DNA of 64,000 nt, from the NCBI RefSeq assembly GCF_009914755.1, contig NC_060926.1, one strand, 5' to 3'. This document shows, one piece after another, positions 13,601 to 25,384 of this stretch. Positions within the stretch are counted from its first letter, which is position 1. The number at the start of each line of letters is the position of its first letter. The notes under the pieces were generated by a model. The model was not told the origin of the DNA and made no database searches. It saw only the letters and a program-made list of their open reading frames with translations. The stretch comes from the human T2T-CHM13v2.0 reference genome, Homo sapiens. The position numbers and the translations under genes were made by a program.

Positions 13601-15187
13601 TTGGTAGTCTACAATCATTCTTCTATTATAGTTCATCTAGTTTCTGCTAAGGCCAGACTGTTGAATTAAATGGAGATATGATGGAAACTATCAACCCTGC
13701 ATCTTTTTTATTTTTTTGTTTATATTTTATTTTTTATGTATATTTTATGGGTATCATTAATCTGCACCATTTTCTAGGCACATTATATTGTTTTAGATGT
13801 TGTCTCTTGGGCAAGAGAGGCAGTTTTAAAGACTTCTTTTTAGCTTTGCTCACTATGATAGCTCTTACTCCATAGGCCAAGAACAATACATGGAAGTTGC
13901 TCCAACTGTGAAATATGTCAGTCCCAATTAAACACCTGAAGATGGGGTAAATGTCCACTGGGTTGATTTGTGAACCCAGTGGACTCATTGTGAGCAGACT
14001 CTGAACAGACTCATGGACATGACTCATGGCCTCCGTATGCTTTCATTTCGAAAGGAGAGTCATGATGTTTCTTCAGATCTTTAGGTATCAGTGTTAATTC
14101 TGATCCTGTGTGCAATAGTTCTCAGGAAGTGTGGGTACTCCTTTTCCGAATGTACGGTCATTCAAGTATGTAGAAATGGATCTCTTTGGGGAAGGACTAG
14201 GGGAATCATTACATGTCATACTTGACTTGATATCACAGGATATTTCTTCCTGAGACCCAGACAAGTCTCGATAGCTTGACAACTGGCACAGATCCAGGAA
14301 GTGGGCAAGATATTGTGACTTTTTATTGGTGTGACCACCCTCAGCCCCCTGTTCATCCATTCTTTCCTTTAATTGCATGTATCAAGCAGCATCCTCATTG
14401 GAAGCCCATGTATTTTGCTCCTAGTGACACTATGTTTTATTAACTGTCTTCACAATTCTCTCTTAGCTGCTGCTCTGACATTGTTGGGCACAATGATAAT
14501 TGTGACCCACCCCACCCCCAGCATTGAGGATTAAGTTTTACTTCAACCTCTCTTGCTCTTGGGCTCCATGATCCTCATTGTTACTAAGGAGCCAAGTTCT
14601 ATGACAGCCTCTCCTACAGTCAGCACTGACCTGTAGAGAAGAGCCAGTGCTGGATGTCTTGGTGATGTTGGTGCCCCGCTTACTAGCAAATTCCTGATGA
14701 CCTTGGGGAATGATGTGTCCTCATGGCCTCCTGTGGAAAATAATTTTTTCTAGTAGGCTTTCTGATCTCACATCCACTCCAGCATATCCGCTTTCCTGGT
14801 CCTCTTACTGCCTTCCTCCATTGTCCGCAATGACAATTTAGGCATTTCAGTTTTCCTCAGCATGGGCCATCACTTTCTCCAGGTGTCTAGAGGTACCCTA
14901 GCAGCAAATTTGCTCTACCTCCTCAGATCCTTTCCAGCGAGTTTAATCTTATATCCCAAGAGAGTGCCCCAATGTCAATAAATTCTTATTTATCTGGTAT
15001 TATGTTCCAGTACTATTTACCAGTGAAGTATTTTAGCAGCTGGGCTACTATATTGTGCCAGGGACTAATTGTGCCCCATATGCCACCTGCAGTGGGCTCT
15101 TGTTTGTCATTCAGATAATGAGGGGTCCAGTGTCAAAGTCTCAACTTACCACTTGTTTTTTTTTTTTTGAATCATTCCTGGAATCAC
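10648..15187 (-). pseudogene. Decayed ERV-L internal region (HERV16/ERV3-16A3-like gag-pro-pol)
   Basis: Minus ORF 13445-13636 (VDYQKFNKV...PGIWYAAIGLENSFFSIP) resembles ERV-L RT; 13734-14027 (CLIGTDIFHSW...GVRAIIVSKAKKKSLKLPL) resembles the ERV-L protease/RT junction. Many stops; flanked by two LTR16-like LTRs. Confidence 0.85.
12622..12668 (-). mobile_element. Short 5'-truncated Alu 3' end
   Basis: Poly-T followed by AGATGGAGTCTCGCTCTATCGCCCAGGCTGGAGT. Confidence 0.85.
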
Positions 15188-16008
15188 TGTATCAATTGGA
15201 TCCTCTAAGAAGCAGATACTGAGATAGAAACAGGGGTGTCAAAAGTGTATTAGAAAGTAATACCTGTGAAAGGAAAAGACAGAAAGCAAGATTGAGCAGA
15301 AAAACTCAGCAGATCATGATGAAATCTGACAGGTCTTTGAAAGCCCAACAGAGAGGTCCAGAGTAAGGATTGCCTGTTAGAAGAGTCTTACATTGGGTGA
15401 AATTTTAGGCCATTTAATATAGTTTGGATGTTTGTCCCCTCCAAATGTCAGGTTTAAATGTGGTCCCCCTTCCCCGACCAAGGTTGGAGGTGGGGCCTGA
15501 TGGGAGGTGTTTGGGTTATGGCAGCAGATCCCAAATGAATGCCTTAGTGCCCTCCCCACAGAAATGAGTGAGTTCTTGCTCTGTTAGTTCATGTGACAGC
15601 TGGTTGTTTAAAAAACAAAACAAAAAAAAAAAGGAGTGTGCCCCCTCCTGCTCTCTTTTGCTCTCTCTCTTGCCATGTAACCCGCCTGCTCTCCCTTTGC
15701 TTTTTGCCATGAGTAAAAGCTTCCTGAGGCCTCACAAGAAGTCAAGAAGATGCCCGTCCCCTGCTTATACAGCCTGCAGAACTGTGAGCCAAATAAACTT
15801 CTTTTCTTTATAAATTATCCGGTTTCAGGTATTCCTTCATAGTGATATAAAACAGACTAACACATCATTATACCACATTCTTGCTTGATCTTTGGCTGGG
15901 GTGACCCCAAGAAGAGTATGACCCGGGCCCTGAGGCAGATCTGAAGGAGTTAACAGCTGGAGGCCACAAGTCTGAACATCGGAAGGGTGCATTTCTATGC
16001 CTGCCACA
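15188..16008 (-). mobile_element. LTR16-family LTR (5' LTR of ERV-L provirus), interrupted by an MST LTR
   Basis: Homologous to 10327-10647: GAAGCAGA(C/T)ACTGAGA, CCCCAAGAAGAGT(G/A)TG and terminal TGCCTG(T/C)CACA. Confidence 0.75.
15415..15864 (+). mobile_element. MSTB-like MaLR solo LTR
   Basis: ATAGTTTGGATGTTTGTCCCCTCCAAAT...CCTGCAGAACTGTGAGCCAAATAAAC...CAGACTAACACA. TSD CCATT/TCATT. Confidence 0.85.
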
Positions 16009-16149
16009 ATAGGTATTAGCATAGGGAGATGCTAGAAGTAATTAGATATGTTTGGTATGCTCCATATTTTTAAACTAGCTCAACACTATTATAAGAGTTG
16101 CATGGGAAGAACTGTCAAATCAGAAGAGATACTCAGCCTCCCCTAGGTT

Positions 16150-17150
16150 CAGTTAATATAAACATTTCAGAGATTTTAGATTTTAAGGGAAGACTCTGGA
16201 GAGTTATCACTGCCCTCACTGTTTATATTAAGTTCTCACTTTATAGGAAGTGTTGATTAAACACTTATGAAATGCTAATGGAAAATTTTATTCTGACTCA
16301 TTCTGATAGTATTGGTATTATAATAAATCGATCACAGCTATTCAGCCTAATTCTCAAGCAGATTTCTGTTTCCCTCTGAAGCTTGCCTAAAACAACAGGC
16401 TAGGCTTTGTTTCTCCAGAGAATATAATCTCAGAGCGCTGCAGAAAAGACTGTGCTAGGTACTCTGAACTATGGATATTTCAAAGAATAGTCTTGAGTAT
16501 AATCTTCCAAGATAAGATTGCTTAGAAAACTTTCAGGCTGTACTAGTGGACAAAGTCAGGATTTCCAGAACCCCTTTCTGTTCAGAAGCAGTTATGCTTT
16601 ATCAAATCCAACTGCTTGATCCAAGGCCCAGTGGACTAAGAATTAATTACAGCATACTTAAGCTAATGAGGGAAATTTTAATGTGGTTTATTCAGAATAT
16701 TTTTGGCATTAATTTTATGGTCTATCTTTTCATAGATACATAACAGATTCTTTTTCTTCTGAAGCTATCTTAAATCCTCAATTAAGTAGACTCTTGGTGT
16801 TTTGGGGTTTGATTTTCACTGACATATAAGAATTGAGAAAATTATTTTTACAAGTCTCTTTACTTTTTCATAGCAATATAATTTTTGCATAGGATAAATA
16901 AGAATATGTCTTCATTTTTACCAGGGTATAATTGGACAAATCAATTTTGCAATAAGACTGTATTTGGAGTGTTACATTTGAAAATAATTCTCATTTAAGT
17001 ATATACGAACAAGAGTTGACTTTATATGTGGAGACCAGCTCATAAATGACACCAGCTGTTGTCGTTACTGGGAAGGTCAGTAAGCTGAATAACGACCATT
17101 TCCTTGGAGACCAAGGCACCCAGGGACATTGAACTCATCAAAGAAGTCTC
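16150..17150 (+). mobile_element. Possible degraded ERV1 (MER4-group) internal fragment
   Basis: Motifs such as TCTTCTGAAGCTATC and TTACCAGGGTATAATTGGACAAA resemble MER4-group internal 3' regions. Boundaries uncertain. Confidence 0.4.
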
Positions 17151-18559
17151 ACTAATCCCTTTTCCTGTAAAGTTCAGATGCTACTTTGGAGAGGAGGCAG
17201 GAAAGGATGGATTGGACACGCTAGAAGCTTTACTGAAATACCTCAGCATCAGTTAGAGTTTTTGTTGTTGCTGTTCAGTGGGGAGGGCAGTACTTACCCT
17301 CAAGGGGGTGTTTGGAAATGTATAAGGTCAGTTAAGGTTGCCCCCATGCCAGGAGAGGCAGCTGCTGCCATTTTGTAGGGGAAGGAAGTAGGGTAAGGGA
17401 GAAAGTGTGCTGTTAAATCTTACAGTCCATTGGATTTAGGGAAATGGGTTAATAGATTTCTTTTCCTCCCGTTTGCACAACCCAGTGGGTGGAGCTCTTA
17501 AGGAAGATAGATTTGTTTAAACAAAATAAAGAATTACGTTTGTGTCCCAGATCCAATTTGTAATATGGCTGGTTCTGTTAGTTACAGGTATATTTAAAAG
17601 CACAATTAATCCAAATGCAATTATATCCATATTTTTTAAAGCTGGGAGTATAGATTCCTAGAGGGAACAAAACATACTCTTTAATTTTTTGTTTTAAGAT
17701 ATGTTTTTTTGCACGGCACCTAAATTTCAGAGGATCGCGTTAGTCACACTGAAAAGCTAAAGCTTTGACTCACTGATTTGTCACTTAATTCATATCATAT
17801 GTTGAATGTTTTAATGAGTCTCCAGTGCTTATGCAACCCACATGTAATAACTTAAAAGTGCTCTTGGAACTATTTCTGACAGTTTCTACAAAAACACTTT
17901 AATTGGGGTAGCCAACAGCTTTTAACTGCCATAGGGGATGTTTTGATATGAGAGATGGGTGGGAACAAAAGCAACAACAAAAAACCCACTAAGAAGGTTC
18001 TCTTGCCTTGCCCCTAGCCCACCCCCCACCTGTGCTTTTCTTCCTGATGCTGTTTCCAAAAAAACAGTCCTTCTCAGACCAATGTTAATATTTCCAGAAA
18101 GTAAATAGTGCCTTCTTCTGTAAGTGAAAGCACAAGCAGGAGAAAACAGTTTACAGGAGAGAGAAGGTAGAAATGAAGAGGAAAATAGATTTAAGGGTAG
18201 AAAAGAGCAAAACGGAGTGTGGAAGCAATGAAGAAAAAGAAAGTGGAGAATGAAAACAAATGAAATGGTAGGAAGAATTGACATTTCTGAGTCACAATCC
18301 AACAGGAATGATCAATAATGATCTTGTGGTGCAAGCAAGAGACAGGAATCTTTGTTTAGTACCTTAGAGTTGATTGTGTTGTATGCTGTGTGCTAGACTC
18401 CCGGCACCACCTGGGCCCCTGGGAAGCAGAGGCAGCACACTGGGCCTGGCTGTAAATGTTGGTCTCTGTGAGGGAAGCCAAGGGGACCGATTCCCAGTGG
18501 AACATGGTGGCTATAACATGGTGTTCAATGCCAGGTTATCTAAGTTTAAATTTGTCAAC

Positions 18560-19378
18560 TGTATTAGTTATTGGTTGCTGCACAACACATTAAAACAACA
18601 TTTATTATCTCACAGTTCCTGTAGGGTGAAAATCCAGGTATAGCTTAGCTGGGTCCTCTGGCCCACCCTTGGCCTCTCACAAGGCTGCAGTTAAGGTGTG
18701 GGCCAGGGCTTTAGCCACCTCAATGTTCAACTGGGAGGGGATGGCATCTGCTGTAGTCTGTATGCTTGTGTCATCATAAAATTCACATGATGACATGCTA
18801 ACCCCCAAGGTGATGGTATTAGGAGGTGGGGTCTTTTGAGAGGTGATTAGGTCATGAGGGCCAAGCCCTCGAGAATGGAATTAGTGCCCCTGTAAGAGAG
18901 GCCCAAGGCAGCTTGTTTGCCTCTTCCACCATGTGAGGATGCGGCAAGAAGGTGCCCTCTATGAGGAACGGACACTCACAAGCCACCAAATCAGCTGGTG
19001 CCTTGATATTATATTCCCCAGCTTCCAGAGCTGCGCAAAATACATGTTATTGTTTATAAACCACCCAGTTTAAGTAATTTTTGTTTTATCAGCCCAAACT
19101 AAGACAGCTTTCAAGTTCACTCATGTGGTTGTTGGCAGGGCTCAGGTTCTTGCTGGCTGTTGCCCAGGGACATTGGCTCCATGCCACTGATGTGGACCTC
19201 ACCCTAGGACAGCTCACAACATAGCAGCTGACTTCCATCAGGGTGAACAAGTGAGAAAGGGCATAGCCTAGTCTCGAAAGTGACATCCCATTATTTTTGC
19301 CATATTACATTTGTTAGAATCAAGTCGCCAGGGTCAGCCAATGTTCAGGGGTAGGGAATAACCCAAGGGCATGAATAT
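18560..19378 (-). mobile_element. MLT1F-like MaLR LTR interrupted by MLT1A
   Basis: ACATTTATTATCTCACAGTTCC...GCTTAGCTGGGTCCTCTGGC resumes after 19106 with TTCACTCATGTGGTTGTTGGCAGG...GAAAGTGACATCCCAT. Confidence 0.75.
18749..19106 (+). mobile_element. MLT1A/MLT1A0 solo LTR
   Basis: TGCTGTAGTCTG...CCCCCAAGGTGATGGTATTAGGAGGTGGGG...CAGCCCAAACTAAGACA. Confidence 0.85.
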
Positions 19379-19485
19379 AGTCACCCTTCTATAGTCACTC
19401 GTTCTGTATCTGTGGATTCAACCAACCGCAGATAAAAAATATTCTTAAAAAAACAAAAATAACAGTGCAACAACAAAAAATAATG
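19379..19485. mobile_element. MER2-like Tigger terminal fragment
   Basis: TCTGTATCTGTGGATTCAACCAACCGCAGATAAAAAATATT. Confidence 0.65.
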
Positions 19486-19486
19486 T

Positions 19487-19559
19487 AGGTGGGCATAATG
19501 ACTCATGCCTGTAATCCCAGCACTTTGGGAGGCCAAGGCAAGTGGATCCCTTGAGGCCA
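19487..19559 (+). mobile_element. Alu left-arm fragment cut off by the satellite
   Basis: GGGCATAATGACTCATGCCTGTAATCCCAGCACTTTGGGAGGCCAAGGCAAGTGGATCCCTTGAGGCCA abuts satellite sequence directly. Confidence 0.85.
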
Positions 19560-19560
19560 C

Positions 19561-22500
19561 TCTCTCATCCCCTGGATACTATGAACCATATCACAGTGGG
19601 GTGTACACCCCCCCGTGATATGGGGAGTAATATCACCCTCTCCCCATCTGGATATTACGAACTATATTACGGGGGGCGTGTACACTCCCCGTGATATGGG
19701 AAATAAAATCACCCTCTCCCCCCACTGGATATAACAAACCGTATCACAGGAGGGTGTACACACCCCGTGATATGTGGAGTAATATCACCCTCTCCCCCTA
19801 CTGGATGTTACAAACCATATCACAGGAGGGTGTACACCCCCCGCGATATGGTGAGTAATATCACCCTCTCCCCCACCAGATATTACAAACCATATCACAG
19901 GGGGGTGTACACACAGGGTATTTACTCTTTTGGGAGTAATATTATCTCCCTTCATGGATATTACAAACAATATCACAAGGGGATATACACCTTCTGTGAT
20001 ATTGAAAGTAATATCATCCTCTCCCCCCTGTATAATAAAAACAATATTACGAATATTATCACAGGGTGTACACATATGGTGTACACCCACTGTGACATTA
20101 GAGGTAACATCCCCCTATAATTATGAGTAATATCACAGGGTGTATACACATGGTGTACACTTACTGTGAAATTAGGAGTAACATCCCCTAAGATACTAGG
20201 AATAATATCAGGTTGTACACTCACAGTGACGCTAGTAGTAACATCCCCCTATAATAGTATGAATAATATCACAGGGTGTACAGCCCCTATGACATTACTA
20301 GTAACATTCCCTTAGGATATTATGAATAATATCACAGTATGTACAACCCCTTTGACATTAAGAGTAACATCCCCCCAAATATTATGAATAATATCTCAGG
20401 GTGTACACATTGTTTGACATTTGGAGTAATATCTCCATAAGGTATTAGGAATAATATCACAGTGTATACACCCCCTGTGACATGAGGAGTAATACCTTTT
20501 TAGGATGTTACGAATAATATCACAAGGTGTACACTCCCTGTGACATTAGGAGTAACATCCCTGTAATATACTATGAATAATATCACAGGGAGTACACACC
20601 CTGTGACATTAGGAGTAACATCCAAGTAGGATACTATGAATAATATAACAGGGTTTACACCCATGTGACATTAGTAGTAACATTCCCCTAGGATATTACA
20701 AATAATATCACAATGTGTACACCCATTGTGATATTAGGAGTAATATCTTCCTAGAATATTACAAGTAATATCACAAGGTATACACCAACTGTGATATTAG
20801 GAGTAATTTCTCCCTTGGATACTATGAATATCATCACAGGGTGTACACCATGTGTGTACACCCACTGATATTAGAAGTAATATCTCCCTAGAATATTATG
20901 AAAAATATCACAGGGTGTACACCCACTGTGATATTAGAAGTAATAACTACCTAGGATATTATGAATAATATCACAGTGTGTACACCCCCTGTGACATTAA
21001 AAGTAACAAACTTCTAGAAAATAACAAATAATATTACCATGTGTACACCACCTGTGACATTATAAGTAATATCACCTTAGGATATTATAAATAATATTAC
21101 AGGAGGTACATTCTTTGTGACATTAGGAGTAACATCACCCTTGGATATTATGAATAATATCACAGGATGCACACCAATTGTGATGTTAGGAACAACATCC
21201 CTCTAGGATATTACCAGTAATATCACAGGGTGTACACCTTCTGTGACATTAGGAGTAACATCCATCTAGGATATAAAGAATAATATCACAGAATGTACAC
21301 TCCCTGTGACATTGGGAGTAACATCCCCCTAGGATATTACGAATAATATCGCGGGGTGTACACACCCTGTGACATTAGGAGTAACAATCCTCTAAAATAT
21401 TATAAATAATATTACAGAGTGTACACCCCCTGTGACATTAGGAGTAACAACCTGCTAGGATATTATGAATAATATCACAGCATGTACACTCCCTGTGAAA
21501 TTAAAAGTAACATCTCCCTAGGAAATTATGATCAATATCACAGGTTGTATACCCCCTGTGACATTAGGAGTAACAGCACCCTAGAATATAATGAATAATA
21601 GCACAGGTTATACATCACTTGTGACATTAGGAGTAATATTCCCCAATGATATTATGAATAATATCACAGGGCGTACACACACTGTGACACTAGGCATGAT
21701 ATCCCCCTAGGATATTACTGCTAATATCACAGGTTATACATGCACTGTGATATTAGGAGTAATATCTCTCTAGGATATTATGAATAATATCACAGGGTGT
21801 ACACTCACTGTGATATTAGAAGTAATACATCCCCAGGATATTATGAATAATATCACAGGTTATACACACAGGTTGTACAACCACTGTGATATTAGTAGTT
21901 AAATCTCCCTAAAATATTACGAATATTTTCACAGGGTGTACACATATGGTGTACACCCGTGGTGACATTAGAAGAACATCCCCCTATAATTATACAAATA
22001 ATATCACAGGGTGTACACACATGGTGTACACTTACTGTGAAATGAGGCATAACATCCCCGTAGGATTTTACAAATAATGCCACAGGGTGAACACACATGG
22101 TGTACACCAACTGTGACATTAGGAGTAATATCCCCCTAGGATATTACAAAAAATGTCACAGACTGTATACACATAGTGTACACCCACTACGACATTAGGG
22201 GTAACATCCACCTAGGATATTACAAGTAATATCACAGGATGTACACCCACTATGACATTAAATGTAACATCTCACCAGGATATTATAAATAATATCACAG
22301 GGTGTGTACATACATGGTGTACACTCACTGTGACATTAGGAATAACACCCCTCTAGGATATTACTTTTAGTATCACTGGGAGTACCTACACATTGTGAAC
22401 ACTCACTGTGACATTAGGAGTCACATCCCCCTAATGATATTATGAATAATAACACAGGATGTACAAACATCGTGTATGCCCACTGTGACATTAAAAGTAA

Positions 22501-23425
22501 CATCACCTAAGATATTAATATCACAGAGTGTACACCCACATAACACCCCCTAGGATATTACAAATAATATCACAGAGTGTACACACATGGTGTACACCCA
22601 CTGTGACATTAGGAGTAACATTTTTCTAGGATACTACGAATAATACCACAGGGTGTACACACATGGTGTACACACACTGTGACTTTAGGAATAATATTCC
22701 CCTAGCATATTATGAATAATATCATATTAAACATTATTATTATAATTATTAATTGTTATTATTTGTATTATCCAAGGGAGATGTTACTTCTAATACCACA
22801 CAGGGTACAGCCCCAGTTATATTATTCATAATATCCTACTGAGATATTACATCTAATGTCACGGTGGGTTTACACCTTGTGATATTATTCATAATATTGT
22901 AGGGAGATGTTACTCCTAATGTCACAGTAGGTGTACACCCGGTGAAATTATTCAAAATATTCTAGGATAAGTTTACTCCTAATTCCAAGGTAGGTATTGC
23001 AAAGGACTGCACACTCCCTCACAATGTGGGGAGTAATATTGCCCTCTCCCCCCTGGATATTACAAACCATATCGTGGTCGGGGGTATACACCCTACTTCC
23101 CCATGATTTGGGGAGTAATATCACACTCCCACCCCGCCCCCCGGATATTACAAACCACTTCGCGGGGTCGGTGTATAATACCCCCCGCCGCGATGTGGGG
23201 AGTGATATCACCCTCTCTCACCCTGGATATTACGAACAACCTCGCGGGGGGTGGTGGTCCATAATATCCGGGTGGGGGGAGAGGCTGATATCACTCCCCA
23301 CATCGCGAGGGAGGGGATGTACACCGCCCGCCGCCACGCGAGGTGGTTCGTAATATCCAGTGGGGGAGAGGGTGATATCACACCCACATCGCGGGGGGTG
23401 GGAGGGCATGTACACAGGATATTAT
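19561..23425. repeat. SATR1/SATR2-type satellite array (~63-bp and ~76-bp palindromic monomers, roughly 55-60 units, with internal orientation switches)
   Basis: Tandem monomer ~GGATATTATGAATAATATCACAGGGTGTACACCCCCTGTGACATTAGGAGTAACATCCCCCTA (period 62-63 bp, e.g. 20539, 20602, 20664, 20727). GC-rich 76-77-bp subtype at both ends. Family name from recalled consensus. Confidence 0.9.
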
Positions 23426-23434
23426 GTTGGTTGA

Positions 23435-23660
23435 GGTTACTGACTCTGAGGCAAGGCGGCCAGAATATGTACCTTGGCTCTGCCACTTACTGCCCCGTTT
23501 GATCTTGATCAAGTTATTTAGCATTTTTTTTTACCTGTTTTCCTACCTTTAAAGCAGGAATAATAATATTCCCTAGATTATATGAGATAATCTGTGAAAA
23601 TGTTTAGAACATGTTAGTTCAAAAATGTCTGGCTCAATAAATATGAGCATACTATTTTTA
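23435..23660 (+). mobile_element. MIR fragment
   Basis: CTTGGCTCTGCCACTTACT...GATCTTGATCAAGTTATTTA...CTGTTTTCCTACCTTTAAAG. Confidence 0.6.
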
Positions 23661-23940
23661 GCTGGTTGTTGCTCACTTTTCTCCACAAAAAGACTGTTTC
23701 TGACTTTTCTAGTCATCACCTATTATCATCTTGTAAACACTTCATCTGGTTGCTGTTTGCTTTCTACTTTAGTTATGCCTCAAAGATTGGCATGACTCCT
23801 AACCTTTAATTGCCTATAGCACAGCTGTAGCATTTTATAAAAACTTTACTCAAGCTTATTATGAGATGATATATGCATAGATAAGCATATATGAGACTAT
23901 AATTCAAAAAAGGAAATCCTAAAACAAAGAGGCACCGTTT

Positions 23941-25233
23941 CTCCTAGAGTTCAATAGTCATGCCCTTCCAAAGAGGTTCCCTAGCAGCCCATCCTTGTTC
24001 TTTGTTTCACTTTGCTGCCGTGATCCAGGGTTTGCTTTATTTTCCCTCAGGAGCCGGGCCCCCACTCCAACCCCAAACCAGCCAATATCATCATAATTTC
24101 TACATAGATAACACTTGTTCATAAAGAAAACAGAACAGATTTCTTTCTCCTTGTCTCAAGCATTTCCATAGCCAGTTTCTCCTTTGCTTTGCATAACCTG
24201 AAAGCCCAGGAAATGCATTTTTACTAAAGAGCTGTCTTTCCTCAAATATAAATATCCTGCCACACGTAGAACAAGAAACACAAATTTCAATCTGATTTCA
24301 CCTATACTGAACTACATCCAACAAACCCTCATTATAGTTTGTATCACAATTCCTGGATTAGTATTTCAGGGTAGAAAAAGGTGAGGAAGATAATGAATCA
24401 AATTCATATCCCAGTAACTTTTATTCTGCATTGGGTCCAAGTCTCCTTTTCTAAGGAGACAACTGAGTGTCTGATCTCTGAAGACAAGTATCAGTTACCA
24501 TGTCTTTTCATAATAGCCTGTTCTCGTGAGTAAACACCTTCACTTTCTCTAACACATTGAATAAACTAGGAAAACCACTCCTTAATTCTACCAGCTCATG
24601 AGCTCTAGGTGAGTTGGAATTTATTGTTTTGCTGGAAGTAAAGCATTTCTTGAACATTTGCCTGGATTCTCAATGTATTTTGTTAGGAATGGTACTCCCA
24701 TTCCAGAAAAAGGAGCATGATGCTGGGGTTACATTTGAGAGCTTCCATTCAGGATGATTGATTTGTGGTGCAGAATCAGCTGTTAGAGTCTTATAATACC
24801 AATGTAGTAAACCAAAGGCCTTCCAGCATTGCAGCAAAGGCTGTTGGTGGAATGGCACTGGGGAAGTGAAAGTGGCCCCGCAGAGATGGAATGACATTTG
24901 AACTAACCTCTTCAGTCTGATGGGATGGAATCCCTGGATCCTATCCCATCTCAGTGTAAGAGGGAAGCCGCCTCCTTTCTCCTTTGCAAAGCAAAGGAGA
25001 AACTGTGTATGGAAATGCTTGAGACAAGGAGAAAGAAATCTGTTCTGTTTTCTTTATGAACGAGTGTTATCTCTGTAGAAATTATGATAATATTGGCTGG
25101 TTTGGGTTTGGGGTGGGGGCCTGGCCCCTGAGGGAAAATAAAGCAAGCCCTGGATCATGGCAGCAAAGTGAAAGAACAGGGATGGCCTGCTAGGGAACCT
25201 CTTTGGAAGGGCATGACTACTGAACTCTAGGAG
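23941..25233. repeat. Inverted duplication: arms 23941-24193 and 24985-25233, ~790-bp spacer
   Basis: Manual alignment gives 14 substitutions and one 4-bp indel over ~250 bp (~94% identity). Confidence 0.95.
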
Positions 25234-25384
25234 TTCTATAACTTTTGTTCTGAGCAAGCAGCATTTGAGCCTGTGGAATCCAGGCATTCTAGAAAAAGAT
25301 GAGAAGAATAGTATCACTGAAGAGTAAGGAAATTACAGGAAGAAGCTTCTGAAGCTGAGTAAAAAGAACAGTTTTTACAGATTA

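Noticed and set aside
19561-23425. CRISPR-like array of palindromic repeats
   Set aside because: Primate DNA, no unique spacers and no cas genes; the intervening sequence is itself repeated.
19767-23502. ORFs in the satellite (e.g. 19767-20120, 22997-23353)
   Set aside because: Repetitive translations of monomers on both strands with no coding signature.
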